Source: the human T2T-CHM13v2.0 reference genome, Homo sapiens
NCBI RefSeq assembly: GCF_009914755.1
Contig: NC_060941.1
Direction: 5' to 3' (one strand)
Length of the DNA: 64,000 bases
In this document: positions 55,901 to 64,000 of the stretch, in pieces
How positions within the stretch are numbered: the first letter of the stretch is position 1
Layout: each line of letters opens with the position of its first letter
The notes under the pieces: model-generated
Seen by the model: only the letters and a program-made list of their open reading frames with translations
Databases searched by the model: none
What the model was told of the DNA's origin: nothing
Program-made: the position numbers and the translations under genes

Positions 55901-58900
55901 TGAATTTTCTTTGTGATGTTTGCATTCAAATCCCAGAATTGCACCTTCCTTGGAAAGTTCAGGTTTGAAACCCTCATTTTGCAGGATCTACAAGTGGATA
56001 TTTGGACCACTCTGTGGCCTTCGTTCGAAACGGGTATATCTTCACATAACGTCTAGACAGAAGCATTCTCAGAAACTTTTCTGTGATGACTGCATTCAAC
56101 TCACAGAGTTGAACACTCCTTTTGAGAGCGCAGTTTTGAAACTCTCTTTCTGTGGAATCTGCAAGGGGACATGTAGACCTCTTTGAAGGTTTCGTTGGAA
56201 ACAGAATCATCTTCACAAAAAAATTACACGGAAGCATTCTCAGGAACCCCTTGGTGCTGATTGTATTCAACTTCCAGAGTTGAACTTTCCTTCGGAAAGA
56301 GCAGCTATGAAACACTCTTTTTCTAGAATCTGCAAGTGGATATTTGGAGGGCTTTGAGGTTTGTGGTGGAAAAGGAAATATCTTCACATAAATACTAGAT
56401 GGAAGCATTCTCAGAAACTACTTTGTGATGATTGCATTCACCTCACAGAGTTGAACATTCCTATTGAGAGAGCAGTTTGGAAACACTCTTGTTGGAGAAT
56501 CTGCAAGTGGAGATTTGGAGCGCTTTGAGGCCTATGGTACTAAAGGGAATAGCTTCATATAAAAACTAGGCAGAAGCATTCTCAGAAAATACTTTGTGAT
56601 GATTGAGTTTAACTCACAGAGCTGAACATTCCTTTGGATGGAGCAGGTTTGAAACACACTTTTTGTAGAATCTGCAAGTGGATATTTGGACCTCTCTGAG
56701 GATTTCGTTGGAAACGGGATAACTGCACCTAACTAAACAGAAGCATTCTCAGAAACTTCTTTGTGATATTTGCATTCAAATCCCAGAGTTGAAACTTCCT
56801 TTGATAGGTCAGGTTTGAAACACTCTTTCTGTACGATCTGCAAGTGGATATTTGGACCACTCTGTGGCCTTCGTTCGAAACGGGTACATCTTCACATAAC
56901 ATCTAGACAGAAGCCTTCTCAGAAACTTCTCTGTGATGATTGCATTCAACTCACAGAGTTGAACCCTCCTATAGATATAGCAGTTCTGAATCTCTCTTTT
57001 TGTGGAATCTGCAAGTGGATATGTGGACCTCTTTGAAGATGTCTTTGGAAACGGGAATATCTTCACATAAAAATTAAACAGAAGCATTCTCAGAAACTTC
57101 TCTCTCATGTTTGCGTTCAACTCACACAGTTTCACATTGCTTTTCATAGAGCAGTTCTGAAACATGCTTTTCGGACTGTCTGCAAGTGGACATTTGGAGA
57201 GCTTTCAGGCCTGTGTTGGAAAATGAATTATCGTCACATAGACACTAGAGAGAAGCATTGTCAGGAACTTGTTTGTGATGGTTGCATTCAACTCACAGAG
57301 TTGAAGGTTCCTTTTCAACCAGCAGTTTCCAAGCACACCTTCTGTGGAATCTGCAAGTGGATATTTGGACCTCTTTGAAGATATCATTGGAAACGGGATA
57401 ATCTTCACAGAAAAGCTAAACAGAAGCATTCTCAGAAACTCCTTTGTGATGTTTGCATTCAACTCACAGAGTTGAACATTCCTTTTGAGAGACAAGCTTT
57501 GAAACACTCTTTCTCTAGAATCTGCAAGTGGATATTTGGAGGGCTTTGAGGCCTGTGGTGGAAAGGGAATTCTCTTCCAGTAAAAACTAGATAGAAGCAT
57601 TCTCAGAAACTACTTTGTGATGATTGCATTCAAGTCACAGAGTTGAATATTCCCTTTGACAGAGCACTTTGGAAACTCTCGCTGTGTAGAATCTGCAAGT
57701 GGAGATATGGACCGCTTTGAGGCCTATGGTAGTAAAGGAAATAGCTTCATAGAAAAACTAGACAGTAGCATTCTCAGAAAACTGTTTGTGACGACTGAGT
57801 TTAACTCACAAGGCTGAACATTCCTTTGGATGGAGCAGTTTCGAAACACACACTTTGTAGAATCTGCAAGTGGATATTTGGGCCTCTCTGAGGATTTCAT
57901 TGGAAAAGGGATAAGCCGCACAGAACTAAACAGAAGCATTCTCAGAACCTTCTTCGTGATGTTTGCATTCAACTCACAGTGTTGAACCTTTTTTGATAGT
58001 TCAGGTTTGAAACACTCTTTTTGTAGAAACTGCAAGTGGATAATTGCACTTCTTTGAGGCCTATCCTACTAAAGGAAATAACTTCTTCATATAAAATCAA
58101 GACAGAAGGTTTCTCAGAAAATCCTCTGGGATGATTGAGTTGAACTCACAGAGCTGTACTTTCCTTGGGATGGAGTAGTTTCGAAACACACTTTCTGTAG
58201 AATCTGCAAGTGGATATTTGGACCTGTCTGAGGAATTTGTTGGTAACGGGATAATTTCAGCTAACTAAACAGAAGCAGTCTCTGAATTTTCTTTGTGATG
58301 TTTGCATTCAAATCCCAGAATTGCACCTTCCTTGGAAAGTTCAGGTTTGAAACCCTCATTTTGCAGGATCTACAAGTGGATATTTGGACCACTCTGTGGC
58401 CTTCGTTCGAAACGGGTATATCTTCACATAACGTCTAGACAGAAGCATTCTCAGAAACTTTTCTGTGATGACTGCATTCAACTCACAGAGTTGAACACTC
58501 CTTTTGAGAGCGCAGTTTTGAAACTCTCTTTCTGTGGAATCTGCAAGGGGACATGTAGACCTCTTTGAAGGTTTCGTTGGAAACAGAATCATCTTCACAA
58601 AAAAATTACACGGAAGCATTCTCAGGAACCCCTTGGTGCTGATTGTATTCAACTTCCAGAGTTGAACTTTCCTTCGGAAAGAGCAGCTATGAAACACTCT
58701 TTTTCTAGAATCTGCAAGTGGATATTTGGAGGGCTTTGAGGTTTGTGGTGGAAAAGGAAATATCTTCACATAAATACTAGATGGAAGCATTCTCAGAAAC
58801 TACTTTGTGATGATTGCATTCACCTCACAGAGTTGAACATTCCTATTGAGAGAGCAGTTTGGAAACACTCTTGTTGGAGAATCTGCAAGTGGAGATTTGG

Positions 58901-61900
58901 AGCGCTTTGAGGCCTATGGTACTAAAGGGAATAGCTTCATATAAAAACTAGGCAGAAGCATTCTCAGAAAATACTTTGTGATGATTGAGTTTAACTCACA
59001 GAGCTGAACATTCCTTTGGATGGAGCAGGTTTGAAACACACTTTTTGTAGAATCTGCAAGTGGATATTTGGACCTCTCTGAGGATTTCGTTGGAAACGGG
59101 ATAACTGCACCTAACTAAACAGAAGCATTCTCAGAAACTTCTTTGTGATATTTGCATTCAAATCCCAGAGTTGAAACTTCCTTTGATAGGTCAGGTTTGA
59201 AACACTCTTTCTGTACGATCTGCAAGTGGATATTTGGACCACTCTGTGGCCTTCGTTCGAAACGGGTACATCTTCACATAACATCTAGACAGAAGCCTTC
59301 TCAGAAACTTCTCTGTGATGATTGCATTCAACTCACAGAGTTGAACCCTCCTATAGATATAGCAGTTCTGAATCTCTCTTTTTGTGGAATCTGCAAGTGG
59401 ATATGTGGACCTCTTTGAAGATGTCTTTGGAAACGGGAATATCTTCACATAAAAATTAAACAGAAGCATTCTCAGAAACTTCTCTCTCATGTTTGCGTTC
59501 AACTCACACAGTTTCACATTGCTTTTCATAGAGCAGTTCTGAAACATGCTTTTCGGACTGTCTGCAAGTGGACATTTGGAGAGCTTTCAGGCCTGTGTTG
59601 GAAAATGAATTATCGTCACATAGACACTAGAGAGAAGCATTGTCAGGAACTTGTTTGTGATGGTTGCATTCAACTCACAGAGTTGAAGGTTCCTTTTCAA
59701 CCAGCAGTTTCCAAGCACGCCTTCTGTGGAATCTGCAAGTGGATATTTGGACCTCTTTGAAGATATCATTGGAAACGGGATAATCTTCACAGAAAAGCTA
59801 AACAGAAGCATTCTCAGAAACTCCTTTGTGATGTTTGCATTCAACTCACAGAGTTGAACATTCCTTTTGAGAGACAAGCTTTGAAACACTCTTTCTCTAG
59901 AATCTGCAAGTGGATATTTGGAGGGCTTTGAGGCCTGTGGTGGAAAGGGAATTCTCTTCCAGTAAAAACTAGATAGAAGCATTCTCAGAAACTACTTTGT
60001 GATGATTGCATTCAAGTCACAGAGTTGAATATTCCCTTTGACAGAGCACTTTGGAAACTCTCGCTGTGTAGAATCTGCAAGTGGAGATATGGACCGCTTT
60101 GAGGCCTATGGTAGTAAAGGAAATAGCTTCATAGAAAAACTAGACAGTAGCATTCTCAGAAAACTGTTTGTGACGACTGAGTTTAACTCACAAGGCTGAA
60201 CATTCCTTTGGATGGAGCAGTTTCGAAACACACTCTTTGTAGAATCTGCAAGTGGATATTTGGGCCTCTCTGAGGATTTCATTGGAAAAGGGATAAGCCG
60301 CACAGAACTAAACAGAAGCATTCTCAGAACCTTCTTCGTGATGTTTGCATTCAACTCACAGTGTTGAACCTTTTTTGATAGTTCAGGTTTGAAACACTCT
60401 TTGTGTAGAAACTGCAAGTGGATAATTGCACTTCTTTGAGGCCTATCCTACTAAAGGAAATAACTTCTTCATATAAAATCAAGACAGAAGCTTTCTCAGA
60501 AAATCCTCTGGGATGATTGAGTTGAACTCACAGAGCTGTACTTTCCTTGGGATGGAGTAGTTTCGAAACACACTTTCTGTAGAATCTGCAAGTGGATATT
60601 TGGACCTGTCTGAGGAATTTGTTGGTAACGGGATAATTTCAGCTAACTAAACAGAAGCAGTCTCTGAATTTTCTTTGTGATGTTTGCATTCAAATCCCAG
60701 AATTGCACCTTCCTTGGAAAGTTCAGGTTTGAAACCCTCATTTTGCAGGATCTACAAGTGGATATTTGGACCACTCTGTGGCCTTCGTTCGAAACGGGTA
60801 TATCTTCACATAACGTCTAGACAGAAGCATTCTCAGAAACTTTTCTGTGATGACTGCATTCAACTCACAGAGTTGAACACTCCTTTTGAGAGTGCAGTTT
60901 TGAAACTCTCTTTCTGTGGAATCTGCAAGGGGACATGTAGACCTCTTTGAAGGTTTCGTTGGAAACAGAATCATCTTCACAAAAAAATTACACGGAAGCA
61001 TTCTCAGGAACCCCTTGGTGCTGATTGTATTCAACTTCCAGAGTTGAACTTTCCTTCGGAAAGAGCAGCTATGAAACACTCTTTTTCTAGAATCTGCAAG
61101 TGGATATTTGGAGGGCTTTGAGGTTTGTGGTGGAAAAGGAAATATCTTCACATAAATACTAGATGGAAGCATTCTCAGAAACTACTTTGTGATGATTGCA
61201 TTCACCTCACAGAGTTGAACATTCCTATTGAGAGAGCAGTTTGGAAACACTCTTGTTGGAGAATCTGCAAGTGGAGATTTGGAGCGCTTTGAGGCCTATG
61301 GTACTAAAGGGAATAGCTTCATATAAAAACTAGGCAGAAGCATTCTCAGAAAATACTTTGTGATGATTGAGTTTAACTCACAGAGCTGAACATTCCTTTG
61401 GATGGAGCAGGTTTGAAACACACTTTTTGTAGAATCTGCAAGTGGATATTTGGACCTCTCTGAGGATTTCGTTGGAAACGGGATAACTGCACCTAACTAA
61501 ACAGAAGCATTCTCAGAAACTTCTTTGTGATATTTGCATTCAAATCCCAGAGTTGAAACTTCCTTTGATAGGTCAGGTTTGAAACACTCTTTCTGTACGA
61601 TCTGCAAGTGGATATTTGGACCACTCTGTGGCCTTCGTTCGAAACGGGTACATCTTCACATAACATCTAGACAGAAGCCTTCTCAGAAACTTCTCTGTGA
61701 TGATTGCATTCAACTCACAGAGTTGAACCCTCCTATAGATATAGCAGTTCTGAATCTCTCTTTTTGTGGAATCTGCAAGTGGATATGTGGACCTCTTTGA
61801 AGATGTCTTTGGAAACGGGAATATCTTCACATAAAAATTAAACAGAAGCATTCTCAGAAACTTCTCTCTCATGTTTGCGTTCAACTCACACAGTTTCACA

Positions 61901-64000
61901 TTGCTTTTCATAGAGCAGTTCTGAAACATGCTTTTCGGACTGTCTGCAAGTGGACATTTGGAGAGCTTTCAGGCCTGTGTTGGAAAATGAATTATCGTCA
62001 CATAGACACTAGAGAGAAGCATTGTCAGGAACTTGTTTGTGATGGTTGCATTCAACTCACAGAGTTGAAGGTTCCTTTTCAACCAGCAGTTTCCAAGCAC
62101 GCCTTCTGTGGAATCTGCAAGTGGATATTTGGACCTCTTTGAAGATATCGTTGGAAACGGGATAATCTTCACAGAAAAGCTAAACAGAAGCATTCTCAGA
62201 AACTCCTTTGTGATGTTTGCATTCAACTCACAGAGTTGAACATTCCTTTTGAGAGACAAGCTTTGAAACACTCTTTCTCTAGAATCTGCAAGTGGATATT
62301 TGGAGGGCTTTGAGGCCTGTGGTGGAAAGGGAATTCTCTTCCAGTAAAAACTAGATAGAAGCATTCTCAGAAACTACTTTGTGATGATTGCATTCAAGTC
62401 ACAGAGTTGAATATTCCCTTTGACAGAGCACTTTGGAAACTCTCGCTGTGTAGAATCTGCAAGTGGAGATATGGACCGCTTTGAGGCCTATGGTAGTAAA
62501 GGAAATAGCTTCATAGAAAAACTAGACAGTAGCATTCTCAGAAAACTGTTTGTGACGACTGAGTTTAACTCACAAGGCTGAACATTCCTTTGGATGGAGC
62601 AGTTTCGAAACACACTCTTTGTAGAATCTGCAAGTGGATATTTGGGCCTCTCTGAGGATTTCATTGGAAAAGGGATAAGCCGCACAGAACTAAACAGAAG
62701 CATTCTCAGAACCTTCTTCGTGATGTTTGCATTCAACTCACAGTGTTGAACCTTTTTTGATAGTTCAGGTTTGAAACACTCTTTGTGTAGAAACTGCAAG
62801 TGGATAATTGCACTTCTTTGAGGCCTATCCTACTAAAGGAAATAACTTCTTCATATAAAATCAAGACAGAAGCTTTCTCAGAAAATCCTCTGGGATGATT
62901 GAGTTGAACTCACAGAGCTGTACTTTCCTTGGGATGGAGTAGTTTCGAAACACACTTTCTGTAGAATCTGCAAGTGGATATTTGGACCTGTCTGAGGAAT
63001 TTGTTGGTAACGGGATAATTTCAGCTAACTAAACAGAAGCAGTCTCTGAATTTTCTTTGTGATGTTTGCATTCAAATCCCAGAATTGCACCTTCCTTGGA
63101 AAGTTCAGGTTTGAAACCCTCATTTTGCAGGATCTACAAGTGGATATTTGGACCACTCTGTGGCCTTCGTTCGAAACGGGTATATCTTCACATAACGTCT
63201 AGACAGAAGCATTCTCAGAAACTTTTCTGTGATGACTGCATTCAACTCACAGAGTTGAACACTCCTTTTGAGAGTGCAGTTTTGAAACTCTCTTTCTGTG
63301 GAATCTGCAAGGGGACATGTAGACCTCTTTGAAGGTTTCGTTGGAAACAGAATCATCTTCACAAAAAAATTACACGGAAGCATTCTCAGGAACCCCTTGG
63401 TGCTGATTGTATTCAACTTCCAGAGTTGAACTTTCCTTCGGAAAGAGCAGCTATGAAACACTCTTTTTCTAGAATCTGCAAGTGGATATTTGGAGGGCTT
63501 TGAGGTTTGTGGTGGAAAAGGAAATATCTTCACATAAATACTAGATGGAAGCATTCTCAGAAACTACTTTGTGATGATTGCATTCACCTCACAGAGTTGA
63601 ACATTCCTATTGAGAGAGCAGTTTGGAAACACTCTTGTTGGAGAATCTGCAAGTGGAGATTTGGAGCGCTTTGAGGCCTATGGTACTAAAGGGAATAGCT
63701 TCATATAAAAACTAGGCAGAAGCATTCTCAGAAAATACTTTGTGATGATTGAGTTTAACTCACAGAGCTGAACATTCCTTTGGATGGAGCAGGTTTGAAA
63801 CACACTTTTTGTAGAATCTGCAAGTGGATATTTGGACCTCTCTGAGGATTTCGTTGGAAACGGGATAACTGCACCTAACTAAACAGAAGCATTCTCAGAA
63901 ACTTCTTTGTGATATTTGCATTCAAATCCCAGAGTTGAAACTTCCTTTGATAGGTCAGGTTTGAAACACTCTTTCTGTACGATCTGCAAGTGGATATTTG

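Larger units (their letters stand above)
1..64000 (+). repeat. Centromeric alpha-satellite tandem array (~171-bp monomers, SF3/pentamer-derived; probably human chr17 D17Z1 family)
   Basis: Monomer landmark (c/t)agaagcattctcagaaa recurs every 167-171 bp across the window. Canonical alphoid motifs are present (gcattcaactcacagagttgaac, ctgcaagtggatatttgga, CENP-B box ttcgttggaaacggg). The chr17 assignment rests on recalled D17Z1 monomer sequence and 14/15/16-mer organisation. Confidence 0.99.
24073..64000 (+). repeat. Homogeneous 14-mer higher-order repeat, 2382-bp period, ~16.7 copies (D17Z1-B/D17Z1-C-like sister array)
   Basis: ORF anchors at 24954, 27336, 29718 ... 60684, 63066 are each exactly 2382 bp apart, and copies differ by only a few SNVs. 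The unit lacks monomer A. Diagnostic indels in monomer B: ccttttttgata (-1) and aacttcttcatat (+3). Which named sister array it is cannot be fixed from memory. Confidence 0.93.

Noticed and set aside
193-63554. Many 60-253 aa ORFs on both strands
   Set aside because: They are translations of alpha-satellite with 57-aa (171-bp) internal periodicity. They overlap on opposite strands, recur with the HOR period, are broken by single SNVs or indels, and show no recognisable domain.
1-64000. CRISPR-like repeat/spacer appearance from conserved cagaagcattctcagaaa motifs
   Set aside because: The intervening sequences are homologous monomer bodies, not unique spacers. The period is ~171 bp and there are no cas genes.
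1-64000. Possibility that the window is a simulated centromere model sequence
   Set aside because: Linked SNV sets persist over multi-kb offsets and form nested patterns, which fits a real long-read assembly better. This cannot be fully excluded without provenance.
24073-64000. Definite naming of the 14-mer as D17Z1-B versus D17Z1-C, and of the species
   Set aside because: Both sister arrays are described as 14-mers and I cannot align to references here, so this is left unresolved.

Overview
The whole 64-kb window is primate centromeric alpha-satellite DNA: head-to-tail ~167-171 bp monomers in one orientation. I see no gene, RNA gene, CRISPR array, transposon insertion or inversion; the ORFs are periodic by-products of the repeat. 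The monomers look like suprachromosomal family 3 (pentamer-derived), most likely the human chromosome 17 D17Z1 family (recognised from memory, not from a search). The window captures the junction between two higher-order repeat (HOR) arrays. I label monomers A-O starting at 122, 289, 459, 626, 796, 967, 1138, 1309, 1476, 1646, 1817, 1988, 2159, 2330 and 2501. Left to right: (1) 1-121, the tail of an extra monomer, suggesting a 16-mer upstream; (2) 122-10143, about four copies of a 2548-bp 15-mer; (3) 10144-20672, a rearranged block with hybrid monomers giving 12-, 13- and non-canonical 16-mer units; (4) 20673-~24070, a divergent mosaic transition (11-mer plus a divergent 14-mer); (5) ~24070-64000, about 16.7 near-identical copies of a 2382-bp 14-mer (D17Z1-B/C-like sister array) with fewer intact CENP-B boxes and nested SNV sub-haplotypes. 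I found no new protein- or RNA-encoding system. The interest lies in the recombination history and CENP-B box decay readable at this array boundary.
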